DNA of 64,000 bases from Phoronis australis (lineage: Eukaryota > Animalia > Phoronida): contig NMRA01000573.1 of assembly GCA_002633005.1 (NCBI GenBank), positions 189,316 to 253,315 of the forward strand, written 5' to 3'. The notes below the pieces were generated by a model. The model saw only the letters and a list, made by a program, of their open reading frames with translations. It made no database searches and had not been told where the DNA came from. Position numbers and translations under genes: made by a program. Positions 46,310 through 61,380 of the stretch are shown in pieces (within the stretch, counting starts at the first letter, position 1; each line of letters starts with the position of its first letter).

Positions 46310-48886
46310 TAAGTCCTAGTTTTCAAGTGCTGTCTAGACCACCACATTGTAGAGCACTGTCATAGCGAGGTGCTGCCCCCTTTTGTACGGGGCCCTGAAG
46401 TTGTACTTATAAGAGTCATGTAGCTAGGATCCTATATTGGGTCCTTAGGATGCAGTTAACTTAATAGGGGATCCAGAACTCCAGGGAGCCTTCCAATTTT
46501 AACTTTACAATATACACCCACCACTGAACACTGGATTGTTGTAAGACTTTACAAATTTCAAGAAAAAAATCATGCCAGGCAGCCAGTATGACTAAAAAAG
46601 GAAATTGAAAGCCAAATGCACAAAAGCATCATTAAGGCCTTAACTAATTGTGTTATGTAACAGCAACACACAGCACTGAGTCTTACAACACACTGTAACA
46701 GCAGGTAACAATAAATAACACTTGAAACAATATCATTACGTTAGTGCTTACACCCAGTTTCAATAAAGAAGTGAACTTATAACTTGGACCATGTCACTCA
46801 ACTTGTTCACACGAGGAGCTACCTGTTGCTTGTAACCAACTACAAGTAGAGAGCCGCGTCTAAAGCAACGATACACTGTCACAAAATGCACAGGTGCAAT
46901 GCCCTGCAACAATGGTCAATTCTTTCCAAGCCCATTTGATAAAGAAAGAATTTAAGACAAATTACATTATATTAGTAAGTGTTACTGTGATGCTATGCAG
47001 GTTTACAGAAGTTGTTTTACAGTATTAAGTTTTATGTTTTAGATACATTACTGATGTTGCGGAAAAAAACGATACGTACAAAATATTACTAGAAGTGAGT
47101 TTTGATACAGTGAAGTTTCACCAACTGAAATAAAATTTTATTTCTTCCCTTTTATAAGATATTTAGAGCCAAATTCAAGTTCTTTACCATAAATACCACC
47201 AAACACTATTATGAACATTGTAGGCATTCACAACCTTGAACAATGAACAACATGTTATCTTGGTCGTTACTTTTTGTCTGAAACTGGCGAGATTTTATGG
47301 TAACACAAGATAGATGATTCGATTGCTTTCAATAAACCTACAATAAATCAACCATCTGTCAAAAACTACTCAGACCATCAACTGGGATTAAATTGTTCCT
47401 TATTAAGACTACGAAAGATTTCTGGTCTTTGGAAGAAACCTTTTGGCCAAGAGGTCGACTCTAATCTAAGCAAAGGAAAATTTGAGACCAACTTAGTGAT
47501 GATAAGCAATCCAAATCAAAAGTTATTGTTTGTCAGGAGTTAAGTCCATAGTTGCAGCTGATAACACCACTCAGTTTAAAGCTTTGTAGGACCCAGGAAT
47601 AAGGTCCAAATTAACTTCGGAACATGATATATCTCAGAAATAGCTGCACACATTCATATGGAACTTTCAGATACTATACATAAGAGGGTACAAAAGTAGG
47701 ACTTCTGTGGTTTTCATGAAAAAAGTCAAAATTTCCATAAAAATAAAATAATTTAGGAAACTGCGTTGGCATTTCTGACAATTGATCTTGAACTTTATAT
47801 TGCATGTTAGTTACTGATACCATTGTTTTGCAATCAATGCAACTGAGTTTTTGCTCAACTTTACTAAAAGAACATGGTCACGTGACCCAATCAATGACAG
47901 ATTTGGTAAACAATCAAAAATCAAATTCTACAGATTGATTGAGCTAAAATCTACAGTTTGTTTAGATACTAGACTGTATACACAGAAGGCTTAACATAAC
48001 TTTAAAAACCTCTAAGTGAAAGTCTCAGAGGTGGAGTACGTAAATATCTCTGCACACATTTTTTCAGAACACAAAAAACCTCATTCTGTGACCCCAACAT
48101 CTCGGCAAACAAGCCTGTAGCCTCTGCTTAGCATATTTAGAACCACTGAGTAAATCCAAATGAGAAACTGTATCAATTTTTCGGAGACAAGAAACTTGAA
48201 ATTGACATTCTAAGGTTTCAATCAGCACATAATTAAGTAGTTGACTGTTCAGTTCTGTCACAGTTTAGCTTTTTGACCAAATGACCGTAATAACAACAGA
48301 CTGATTAAAAGAATCTTATTATTTTAAAAACTTATTAATAAGCATTTGAGAGTGAGTAGGACATACAACGAGGTTCCTCATAATCTCAATACCAAACAAG
48401 CAAAACAATAACAGGAGGTATAGCGCAAAAAGCATTAACTGAAATTTAAACATTATGTACAGCTTTGAAAGTGTAAGATGGGGTTTGTTTCATGAATAGT
48501 GACGAAAGACAAAACTTTGGTCTTGCACTCCACATAACTATTTCTGGAAATTAATTAAAATTTACTTTTGCAAAAGAACAACAGAGTATCTGATAATAAG
48601 TAAATAACCACTACTGCCTGAGAAAATTTGCACAAATAATTTGCAGCCTGTGATGTGCTGACAACTGCATGACTAAACGTTTTTGGAAATTGTGAAGTTG
48701 AAGCGTAAGACTAAATTTCTGTCTTAGATCTTAGTCATTTTCATGAACCAGAACTCTCTGCAAAATTGTGCATTGTTTGGAACAGAAACTTAACCAAACA
48801 AATAGAAAGAGAATGCTAATTAGTAAGGCATAGAAGTTACAACGAGCCTGAAAACAGACGGACAACAAACACACAAGCGAATTTAC

Positions 48887-51800
48887 CTATTGGTAGGATG
48901 TTTCATCAATAATATTGGTTTGTGATAAAGTTAAATTGCCTGATCTTTTTGAGAATGAAATGCTGAGTTTGGATATGGAAGCTGAACCCTGAAAATTGTC
49001 AAAAAGGAGATTGCATTAAAAACAATAATAATTTATATGAAAATGGAAACTAATATTGATGAGGAAAGTATAACGTCTTAATTATCACAAAAATGTGTTA
49101 CTGAACAGAAACATGCGCATGTGCAAGACTGTGAATTAGAAATAAGACAAGTTGAAGCAGCGATACTAGCCTGGACAATGAACATACTCTAAACTCATGG
49201 TGTTTAGCTTTACATCTTTACTAAATGTTTCCATTCGGTCTTGGACATAGAGAATAACAGCTCAAGCAAAGCAAGCACTCTTCGTTTTAAAAAAAAGATT
49301 TACTAATTTTAAAAAACGTTTGGTATGACGGTATGAATTTTGGTGTTCAACATGCTGGTCATGAAATGAGGATTAATTAATTAAACTTTGTTGATGTTCA
49401 CAGTTTTATGAAGATACTCTGTAGGCAATCTGATAGAAAAGTTCTATAATTATTCACAATTTAATGTGGAATATTTGGAATTTTACAGACTTGCTAAAAA
49501 GCCATTGATGACTCAGCCTCTAGCAGGGGTGAAACCTACAAAATTCTTGGTGATGTGGAATATAAGTTTCTTGAATTTCATACAAAAACACTAGCAAAAT
49601 CTCAAAATGTAACCAAACATTTATGTTTGCAGCTGTGTCAAATAAACCTTGGCAACAATGAAATAACATTATTTTTTACACATTAAATTGTAATTTTTAG
49701 TAAACCAAAAACATTGAGTGTAACACTGCAACTTAAGGGGAACATCACCTTTTGTGAAAAATTATTTGGTCAACACGGTATACTCTACTTAACACTACAA
49801 AAGGTATTTTCAACCTTTCTAGTCAATTTTAGTATAAATAAAATCAATAAAAATAGCAATTGGTCAAACTGAAAGGATGATGCTGTGAGCAAGTCACACA
49901 ATGTAAACAGTGTGTGTTTGATCAGCTGAACTGCTTCTGACTAGTTGTATTGCCTGTTTCCGGCATCATATTTCAAGTCAATGTTATGTACTGGGAATTG
50001 AAAAATGGCGGGCGTCTCGGCCATTGAGCAACATTATCGAAGCAGAACATTTAGAGTTCACAGCTTATGATAAATGGTGACTAACACTGGCAGACCAAGT
50101 CCACTGTGTCAGACCTCCTTAAATTTAGGTTTTGGTACTTTTTAAGTAAAATATCACCTATTGATCAAAAACGCCTTCAAAAAGGCAACTTTCCACTTCA
50201 AAAGGCCAGTAAACTCAGATACATACAAAGCAAATTTTGGTAAAAAACAAATAATAAAAAGTTAACAAACTGCACACACTGTCTTACCAAACAACTAATG
50301 ATTAGTTAAAAACAATAAGAACAGCTATAAAATATGTGCTTAGTTATCTACTAGTGCCAGCAGCAACAAGCAAAGAAATTAATAAAAAAGATATTGACAA
50401 TGACTGTACAATTATGCACAGTGCATTAAACAAGTGAAAAGTTAAATGTAATTCCAAATTAAAAGATACGTGACAGTGAATATGAATAATGAATAACAAT
50501 TATAAACATTTGATCAATTGAAACATTGAGCAGCGACCAATTTCACACATCTAGCATATTTCGAAACATGTCAAATAGTTGAATAATTATCTACTATTCA
50601 TTTTGAGTTATGTACCTCAAAATGCCTGTTACACAAATAAGAAATAAAATGTTTATGACTGTCTCATTCTCATGTCTTCAATTATTTTTCATAAAATTAA
50701 ATGTAAATCAGAACAATTTTCATTCATGCAATGCCATGTTTCACAAAATTGTCATGTAATCTGGGATGATTAATGTTCAACCACCCATATTTCTATTGTC
50801 CACCAGAAAATCATATAATCTTCTGAATTTTTCAAGTAATCAAATACAAACAGTTACCATAGTTTCAAAGCAACGACTTTATCAGAGTCATAGGGGCTCT
50901 TGGGTTTTGGCATGGTTTTTATACAACTGTGAGGAACATGATTTAAATGGAACATTTGTCCGAAAATGCCCCAAAATATTAATTGTAACAAAGTGAATAA
51001 GGCTAAATGACAAATCTGTAGTTAACCTGGCCTTAAATAGGACACGGGGACTGGAAAAATATCCAGCCATGAATCAAAGAAGACCTAACTGAAACTGTTC
51101 TCACAAATTGTTATGATTTTCAATGTGAAGAGGTTTTGCTATTGACTACAAAAACAAAATTTGGTTTCGTAGCAGTTAATTATGGGAGAATGGCTATTCA
51201 ATGCGTTAATACCCATGAGCAAATCTACTTACCCTCCTGCAGTGAGCACTAGGCCCATTGAAGATAGTATTGCGCAAGACTAATAAACATATGTCTGGCA
51301 GGAGAGCAGCCACCATCAGTAACAAGAGGGAAAACCAGACAGAGGGATGGGACAGCATGATACGGAATGAACCCAGCAAGTCCAGGTGATCCACAAACAA
51401 GCTGGGCCTGTAATCATGAGTGACACAACAGTTATAATTATTACATCAAGACAACACGCTTTGTTCTACATACAACTACATTTAATTATCTAATATCAGA
51501 CGATCTAGTGACAGTTTCAGTCTAAAACTATAAAAGCCTTAAGTTTACACTGCAGTAAAATGTAAAGGCTACAGTGTCAAAAGCTTTGCTCAAGTCCAAG
51601 AACACATTCAAATAAATGGTAAATATTGCTCATAATGAAACAAAGTCTTTATCTTGAAAGATACCCTTGGCTTAGTTTTCAAAAGTTTTAAGCATGGATT
51701 TGAGTTTCACCAACAATTCATGTACGTGTTTCACAAAAAAATTCAAAGCTTTCTAAAACCTTATGAGAAAAATCCATCCAGTTCCCAAAAATAAAGCAAT

Positions 51801-54800
51801 CAGTTTACCAGACAATTTCGGTGAAGAAAAATGTGAGTACAAAGAAGCCAGCGATTGTGAACCAGTTGAAGAAGTGAATGACTCCATTCCAGTAGCGTGT
51901 CTCTATAAACAGCTGCAAATACAGAAAAAATATGTAAGTAGAAGCAAAATTGTCCAAATGTAGCCGTGACAAAAACAGACCTGTGAGGTTGGTTGGCGCC
52001 ATATCCAGCAATAAATTGTGGGATAGGTTGAGGTTATTGTTATGGATAGCTTGTAGCCATGCCCACAATTAATTGGGGGGCAGGTTGTAGCCAAGCCTAC
52101 AATGAATTGTAGGACATGTAGCCATGTCCAACAATATTGTGGGGGTAGGTTCTAGCCATGCGCCACAATGCATTGTGGGACAGGTTGTAACTATGTCAAA
52201 CAATTCATGCCCCACAATGCATAGTGTGATAAGCTATGTCTACTCTACAATACATAGACAGGCAGTTTAGGTCGATTGTTATTTTTCAAAAATGAATTAC
52301 AGGACTGTCAAATTCAACCATTTCTATGGATTCGTACAAATGGTATAATATGATACAATAGATGTTTACATTATTATATTCATATTAATGGTTTATAAAA
52401 TTTATCGCGCAAGGTTTATCATTGCTGAGCTAAATGAATGATGCTATGAATAGTGACAAATTATCATCAGCCTCGTATGACCTCACATCAACCAAAATGG
52501 CAGGGAACATAGACGTAAATTAAGAAAATTAATTTGTACTGTCTTGTGTTTCAAAATCTGTTGTCTACGTGGATAACTGCTGAGATAAAGAGATATCATA
52601 ATTTGCTCGTATTGCTTTGCATTGCATTTCTATTGCTATTTCAGACTATTGTTAATTCATACTCAAGATCTGACAGTTAAATTTTCATGGGAACAAAGAC
52701 AGCAAGAAATTAATATATACATCAACTAAATTATTTCCAGAATGTATGAGCAAAATTTTATATCTGATTCAGAAAAAAAAAACAATTCATTAACTTATAA
52801 AAAGTGAGAAATTTATAGGCAGCGAATTTGCAATATCGACTATGTTACGCTGAGACAGGTACGTCAGTCTTACCTTGAAATTCACAACAAACACGACTAC
52901 AAATAAAACAACTCCGCCAAACTCCCAGTTTCCCATAAGCTGAAATGAAGAACTAACTGAATCGACACATATTTTTGGAAATTTTCACAACATTGCGTTA
53001 ATTGGCATATTTTGGAAATCTCATAGCAAGATGATGAACAACTTGAAGACAAGAATCATTTGACGCTTTCAGAAAAGCTACATGGCACAAATTTGCTTGA
53101 CATGTCAAGCACACTCATGTTAATATTTACTAAATAACTTTTAGATCAGAATAATGAAAACATCACAAGGCCAAGGTCATCAAGACATGACGCATGTGCT
53201 TTATAAAATGAAAGTTTGAGACAATTTTACATGTCAAAATACTTACTACCTATGGGTTCCACCTTAAGCATAACATTGTTGAGAAGGCTGAACACACACG
53301 ACATTTTAGAGTTTGGAATAATCACACAAGCTGTGAGCCAGGAATGTGCACGATGCTATCTCAAGTTAAATTAAAGCGCGTTCTACCCAAGAAGCAAACC
53401 TTTAATTTAGACCACTAACCACAGACTACAAAAATGGTCTCTACCTACTCCTTTGTCAAATGAGAAGGAATTTATGGACTTGCAATGAACCGACAGTTTG
53501 ATGACGTCCATTATTTATTTAACAGTTTGTTACTACTTCAGATCATGCTCGACTGACAATAGTTAAATATAGTTTGCAAATTGAAACCGGACGGTGTCAG
53601 CTTTGTTCATCAGGACGACCTTACCTTGCCAGAGTTATCCAGGGGCGTATTAGTCACAAATATAGCGTAGACACCAAAGAAAGCTATCAAAGAGTGAAGC
53701 CAACCTAGAAGTAAAATGTGTCAATTAAATCAATTAACAAGTTAAAATTAATAGTTTTTTTATTTTGCAAACAAAAAGTGAACAACGATCAACATACTGT
53801 AAGTTTTGTAAATTAACGATTACTGTCAACATCATGAAGTAACAATGTCACTTATAAAGTTTTTTATGAGTTTTGAATCATTTTTTGCCCTTTGATTATT
53901 TTTCATACACCATTTTGTAGTTTTCAGGGTTTTCCACATTTCCATCAACTGCAAAGCCACATTGTTTTCCATGAAAAACTTCTTTCATTTCAATGAGTGT
54001 ATGGTGCACAGAACAGATATTTTTCAGTCTTTTCAGGACGAATGATATCACTTTGATAATGGGGAGTCCAGAAAAAATGAAACAGAGTATTGGTGATAGA
54101 CATCAACTGTAGTGCTGTAATGCTTTAAGCAACAGAGAGGTCGCTTGTTTTGTGTCATGTAGGCTCCTCAGTTCTTGTACATCTCTGTCTTCTTTGACAC
54201 GTCTTTGCAGAGCCTACTCTATTGAGAGTCACAACAAAGGTAATAAGGAGCACATAGGGCAACTCCATTTTTACTAGGTGGCTCTCACAAATAAAGGTCC
54301 CTCTTTTTAACAACTGAGTAATGAGTGCAAAACGTAGTTCATCAGCATGCGGGCATTAGAATCCAAAAAGATAGTAACACCAATGCAGGTATTTCTAAGT
54401 GTAGGGCCCTTTCCACACTGGTGCCACCTATAGTAAGTTTTGAGTACCTCATTGGTGTGTAATATGTGAGTGATGTATATCACAGTAGTTGAAGGTGATC
54501 AAAACTAATTAAAAGCTCATTATAGATACAAAACTCAAATCAACATGATGATGACTTTGAATGATATGCAAAGCACGAATACCAACGCAACCTAACACAT
54601 ACCTAGACCGACCCAGCGGAAGAATTCTGTAAATGACAGCCAAGAATTGTTGGCAATTTTTCTGCAAAGAAGAGGACTTATTCACTGACAACTTTTAAAA
54701 ACACTTCAATAACATGGAGTATCAAAACAGAGAGACAGACAAACAGACAGACAGACTGACCAACAAGCTGTCTGACATGACTGAACCAAAACCAAAACCA

Positions 54801-57800
54801 AAGCTAAGCCAACTAACTCTATCTCAAAATGTTCCTTACAATAACATGATTTTTCATTCTGAAAAACTTTGATTCCTTAATCTCAATCACACGTTATACC
54901 CTCAATTCTAACATTGAAACTAATGCCAAGAGAACTACTGTAACACATTCAATTCCAGTTTGATGGGATTAATTATATTTGCTGGTTTCACATTCAAGCA
55001 GAATGGTAAGGACGTGACAATCTGTCATAAAACTAACAGACACTTCAAATGTTACACAAGCTCCCAATACAATAGCATAGCCAGTCACTTAACACAAACA
55101 AACTAACAGATCAAGGGCATCCCACCTCAAACATGTTACGTCCAATACGATTTGCCACTGCCACAGTCACTTACTTATAGAGTGTGGGCTGCTCTATCAA
55201 CTTCTCCATTTTAATATACTGTTCAAACAGTCCGTAGATCAGTATAGGCAGCGATGTGAAGGTAATGTTGAAACAGGTCAGGAAATAACTCTCATATAAC
55301 GTCTGAAATACAACACAGCCACGTCATAGTTACCAGTGTATTGAATTGAAAAGAAAGTGATGTACTAGATAAAACAAGTCATGTTCTACTTCTATTTCAT
55401 ATCTTTAGACAAAGTTAAGACCGGCTGCCCTACAGAGTTGGACCACAGTCTTGTTTTGACTGAAAGTTTCCTGTTGTACATAATTTGTGTTTACAGTCAG
55501 TCAACAAATTTCCAAGGAATAACTCGAAATATCAGCATCACTTAGGGAGAAATCAGTCGACAGGTAATCCAATTATGCAACAAGTTGATTCAAATATCTA
55601 GCTCCCATGTGATCTTATGCATTCTCATCTCTTCTGACAGTATTTTGAATACCTGGCACATTTATTTTATAACACAGAGTGTAAAAAAGGCGTTATTGGA
55701 AAATTTGGTGAAATTTTTGAAAAAGAAAATAACTAAAATGGTAACAATTGTGCTAATAACCATGGAAAGAGAAATAATTAAAACAGGTCATATTGCTCCA
55801 AACACCAGTGTTGCTCCTAACACCAGTGTTGCTCCAAACACCAGTGTTGCTCCAAACACCAGTCTTGCTTCTAACAATGTGTGACTAAATGTTGGAAAGC
55901 ATGAGTCAGTAAATTTTGCCCGTTTTTGCACTATCCTTTAAAATAGTGAACAAGTTAGACCGTTGGCGGGGAATAACAAGACCAATGCAAAGGTTAACTT
56001 ACTTGAGCTGAGAACCCAGAAAATATTGCAAAGTAGATTTGTGCCGTTATGAAAGCAACATTCTGTAACGAGATTTATACATAATGCATGAAGTATGGTG
56101 CCACAGAAACCATTGTCAACTTTCACTGGCATTACAATGGAGATTTCATAATCACCAGGTGTCCCTAATGATCAGAGGCTTCTCTTTTGAACAGCTGAAA
56201 AGACTGAGAGCGGAAAGCAGTTCATCAGCAAGGGGGTGCCTATGGGGAACTGGTCCCATGTAATCATTTGAATGCATGCATTCATACAGGCAGGAATGCT
56301 GCCACACTAGTGCCACCTAGTGACTTCAAGTCAATAGTGACTGAACATTAAAGTGCCGGCTTAGTGGCTTTAAAAGCTCCTTGCTTCATTGTTAAAATGA
56401 AAAATAAATTTGTTTGAAGTGGACGGGGCTGTTTCACAGCAACCAATCATGGACCATTTGCAAGTTTACAAACAATGACTTTTTTGAAAAAATCCAGGTA
56501 GAGAGCCTGAGTTGACAAAATGAGTGCTGCACTGTAGCTGCATAATTACTACAACTCACCTTATAAAAGAAGTATTGTACTAAAGTTGCTATCCTGGCAT
56601 AAAAATAGTGCCCATGAACCAGCAGGGCTCTCTGTAAAAACCGGAATTTTGCAAATGCATAGTCACTGCAACGCACTGCCTGCCTCCCCTCTTTACCCAT
56701 GATTCCTGCAAGTACAATGACATCATATGCACACATTATTGGCAGTTGCTACCTCACTGAAACTATTGCAAGTTAGTCAAACTTCTTGGTTGTAAACAAA
56801 GCATTGCACACAACAAACCATTTTCGTAATGCAACAAACATCAACTGTGAGCAGAAATTTTCAAATGTTTTCGCCTAAAACTCACAGCTGAATTTTTTAC
56901 TACTGCATGTAGTTCGTCTATGTCTGGCTTGAAGTTTCATAATTTCTCAGACAAATATCTCCACGCACTTTTCATCCCTTTTCCGCCATGGCTCTGACAT
57001 TGACAACTAGATTTCAACAAGATCTTATAGAAGAAGTGAACACGCATTTAAGGCAGAACTCAACAAGTTTGGTAACAAGAATGAGGTGTCAAAATCAGCA
57101 AGACTTTGAGAGACTTTTCAAAAATAACTAAAATTATATAACAAGAGCACTATCACACAGTTAACAGAATGATGTACAACAACATTTTAATTGTATTATG
57201 TTATCGAGAATGCGATAAGGTCATGGAGGACAAAAGTCACATCAAGCTTCATGTCACGCATTCATGGAAATCTGAGATGTCCAAAGTTTGAAAATCATAC
57301 TAAATACGAGCCAAAGCTACTATTAAAAGCCTTCAATCAAAAAAGTAACTTGTGACTGACACCACATAGCATAATGAAATTGGTCTTGGCCTAGTTCTGT
57401 ACTTACAGACAATTTCTAGGCTAACAAAGAACTGGAAGTTCGTTATTGCTTCTAAACCCGGGCTATGCCACAAGTATGGTCACATGACGTGATAACCTGG
57501 CAATTATTCTAGTAACTTGAGTAAAGCTAAGAGCAATTTATTAACTGTAAAGCGATCTAAATCCAAATTCCTAGTTTCTTTGACAGAACAGCAGCTTTAA
57601 TACTTCAGAGACAATAATTTTACACATAAATTTTATTGAATTATTTTTCAGCCAAAGAGCTGCTTAATTGGGTATCACTAAGTTGGTAGATGTAGCCTAC
57701 CCACCTAGACCCAGGTAGATGTAGCCTACCCACCTAGACCCACATGGGCCTCCTGAATCATGGAGACATCATTAGCACCGTCCCCTATGGCTGCAGTGAT

Positions 57801-60800
57801 TGGCTTGTCTCGCTGATGTTTAATTATCTGAACAATCTAAACACAGAAGAGAAAGCAGTGTATTAGTGAAACAAGACAAAGTTACTGACAAGTGAAAAAT
57901 GAACACAGGCGCCATCTTACTGAGTGTCCAAATGATTTTCCTCCTGGTTATGTTGAACTTGAACTTTAATTCATTATAGAATTTCAGAGTTGAATTCTGT
58001 TGTAATATCTCATTACACTGAATTTCAGAAGTGCACACGAACATACAAACTAAGCAAGTTTGAAAAAATATAAAACATAGGGTTACTTGGTTTATAATCA
58101 CGCCTCTACACAGTGAACTAATTAATCTTAATCCATACCCCATATGTCAGCCACACTCTATTTGACACCATTTTACATCAGAGATAAGCTATTCATAGTT
58201 GGCAAACCATAACAAAGAACAAGTTACTGTCTTCCTTCTATGTGAATAACCTATCCATGTTAAAGGTCACAAGTGTCAATCATTTCCTTGGCAATCTGCA
58301 TGAGCATCATTCTACAGCTGCAGAGAACACATACAGACAGTCCACAGACTCCAGCAAATACATTATTGCTTTCATTAACCCCTCCTACAGAACAAACTAT
58401 CCATGTTTAGGGCCACAAGTAGTATGCGGGAGCATCATTCTTAAGCACATCACAGCTATAGGAAGCTAACAGAATCCATCAAACATGTTATTGTGTTCAT
58501 GAACACCTCACACTGAACAACATATCAATGTTAAGGGGCTCAAGTGTCAATCATTATCTAAGCCATCTTCATAACATGAGCACCAGAGCAAAGCAGCTTA
58601 TAGACAGCCAGCAGACTCTATCAAACATGTTAGAAGTGTTCATTAACCCCTCCCACTGTTCAGGGCCACATGTGTCAATCATTACCTTGGCCTTCTGAAT
58701 AGGTGTCATTCTACAACAGAGAACGGCTATACATAGGCGGCAGACGCCAACAAACATTTCTGTGTGATGCTGTAGAATCACTGCCAATGTCTCACCATCC
58801 ACCACAAGGCCATAGTTAGCACCATTGTTGCTGTCCTGGGTGATTCTGTCAAGGGCCAGACAAAAGGATAATAGAATGTGACGGAATATTGTCATATTGT
58901 AACAAAGTTATGATAGACAATGTAATAACTTGCAAAAATTAGTATTATGTAATTACAATGAAAAGCTGCGAATATGATTTCCAAAGAAATAAAGTCACCA
59001 GTATATGATTGCCATCTGCAAAAACAACACAGCAACCAGAACACATTACATAATTCTCAATGTTAAGAGTGAAAACAACATTGACTAACAAGCACTTAGC
59101 ATAGTTGCAACAAAACTGCAAATGCAATGACATATCTACAACACAGTTGAAAGCAGAAGGAAAATGCCATGAAACACCATTAGCCAAACTTTCAAAACTA
59201 AAAGGTCAAGGTCCATACATTTGGCCTCACATGATTCCAAGCCAGTGCATATCAAATCCAAACTTCTAAGAAGTAAATGGTCTCGGGTACACAGTGCTGA
59301 ATGCCAAATCTTCAAAGATGCTTACTTTCTTCTGAGCTGCACGAGATTTTCTGCGATCTCATTGGAGTCAGACATCTTTGTCAGATAGAGTTCCGTCATT
59401 CCACGATAGAAGTGTCCAGCAGAGTGACTGATGTTCACCGCAGTTTCCTGCTTGTCACCCGTCAACACCCACACCTGAGAAATAAACGTAAGCTTGTCTC
59501 CAGGCTTATAACGATGAAAAAGTAATCATTTTTGATATTGTGATTAAATTAATAAAAATCACTGTCAGAGAAAACAAGGCAACCAAATATACTGAATATG
59601 AACACAGTCTTCCAGATATTTATATTTTACATCATGATAGATTTTCTCTCCACTAAAATGCTCACCTTAATCCCAGCCTTAGATGCCCAAATAGTTTTAA
59701 TCCCTGATATCCAATCCTTTATAGCATCTTACAAAACACATCCTAACTTTACACTAAATGACACAATATCTTGGGATACATCACAAGACAAAAGTAACCA
59801 GACACAATATCCTGGGATACACCAAAAGAGACAAGTAACCAGACACAATACCCTGGGATACACTACAAGAGACAAGTAACCAGACACAATACACTGGGAT
59901 ACATCACAAGACAAAAGTAACCAGACACAATATCCTGGGATATACTAAAAGAGACAAGTAACCAGACACAATACCCTGGGATACACTACAAGAGACAAGT
60001 AACCAGACACAATACCTTGAGATACACCGCAAGACACAAGTAACCAGACGCAATATCCTGGGATACACCACAAGAGACAAGTAACCAGACACAATATCCT
60101 GGGATACACCGCAAGACACAAGTAACCAGACACAATATCTTGACATACACCACAAGACACAAGTAACCAGTCAAAATAACGTTTCCCTGTCATGAAGGAT
60201 AATTACACTTCTTAACAGGAAAAATGACAAATAACTATTAGGGCGGCAAAATTCTAATAATTAAATACCTTAGCCACCTTTATACTAACTTTCCTGTTAA
60301 TTCCTCTTCATTTTCGATATGGATGCATTTGGCTTCTGCCAGCCATTATGACATGGAATTCCAAATCATTTTATCTAATCTTGAATACTTTTGGGTTCTA
60401 CCGTACCTCATCTGAAACACCATTCTATAACATGTTACACTTCAATATGTCTCCACTAAAACAATCACCTTAATACCCCCAACTCTAAGTGCCTCGATAG
60501 TTTCCGGTACTCCATCTTGTAACCTATCTTCCACAGCAGTAGCGCCAAGGATGGTCACATCACGCTCGACTCGGTCATACACTCTTGACAACTGCAATGA
60601 CAAGGTACACTAACTATACGCTAGAGTTTGTAAGGACATACATTTACAAAGGACCAGTTTGAAAGACACTGTGTACTAACAACAAATTTCCTTCAAATTC
60701 AAACAAATGTAATTGCCAAACTTGCCATTATTTCATTCTTACTGCTGAATAACTAGCAAGAAGCAATTCGCTCGGCATTGGTATATGTGTTTGGGGATGC

Positions 60801-60948
60801 TACTAAATATTCAAGACATTTGTGAGACTTATACCTTGCCTTCCCTGTCATCGAGTGCTTGCTTAGCCTCCTGAAGACTTGCATTGAAGTCTTCAAATTC
60901 TTGATTGGTCAAATGCTTTTGTGCGATCACCAGTGTACGTAGACCAAG
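48887..60948 (-). CDS. ATP11: P4-type ATPase phospholipid flippase, ATP11 family (3' half; 5' exons not found in this window)
   Basis: Phase-consistent exons: 60835-60948 (LGLRTLVIA), 60469-60591 ([18 protein letters not shown]), 59326-59474 ([15 protein letters not shown]), 58686-58845 ([12 protein letters not shown]), 57734-57836 ([18 protein letters not shown]), 56560-56705 ([14 protein letters not shown]...[12 protein letters not shown], typical of ATP11), 56003-56062, 55175-55302 ([10 protein letters not shown]), 54603-54661, 53625-53704, 52874-52939, 51809-51912, 51233-51407, 48887-48988 (ends in TAG). Confidence 0.93.
55794..55870. repeat. 18-bp minisatellite, about 4 copies
   Basis: ttgctccaaacaccagtg repeated. 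Confidence 0.85.
59761..60170. repeat. 41-bp minisatellite, about 10 copies (ATP11 intron)
   Basis: acacaatatcctgggatacaccacaagagacaagtaaccag units; these explain the overlapping repetitive ORFs here. Confidence 0.92.
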
Positions 60949-61237
60949 CTGTCAAAATGATTCAAAGTAATAACAACCTCTAAATTAACAGAATTTCATT
61001 ACATGAAAAATAACAAAAATGTTCCCTTAAGATAAACTAGAATATTCAAGAATACTCCCAGCCATAAGATGATCAAGATGATCAGTATCCTTCTTTTTGA
61101 ACCACAGATAACCTGTAATTCAGTGAGTCCCAGAATGTTTACTGGAAACACCATATTTTTAAACCTTTCCAGTTCATCCGAAACCGAGGGTATGGAAACG
61201 AAAAATGTTAGAACAACATCAAGATACAGCACACATC

Positions 61238-61380
61238 ACGACCGGTCGGAAATTGGTCGACGACCGGCCGTCGACCGGTCGGCTAATTAGCCGACCGGCA
61301 GCCGCCCGCAGTGCCGACACATAAGGCGACCCCACAGCCGACCCTTTAGCCGACCGGCCATCAGACGACCAGCTGGTAGG
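61238..61380. repeat. GC-rich palindromic cluster, probably the end of a mobile element
   Basis: Multiple gaccggtcgg/ccgaccgg motifs and a perfect 24-bp palindrome ccggtcggctaattagccgaccgg at 61275-61298. Confidence 0.6.

Noticed and set aside
59729-60193. Cys/Val-rich overlapping ORFs
   Set aside because: They are translations of the 41-bp intronic minisatellite.
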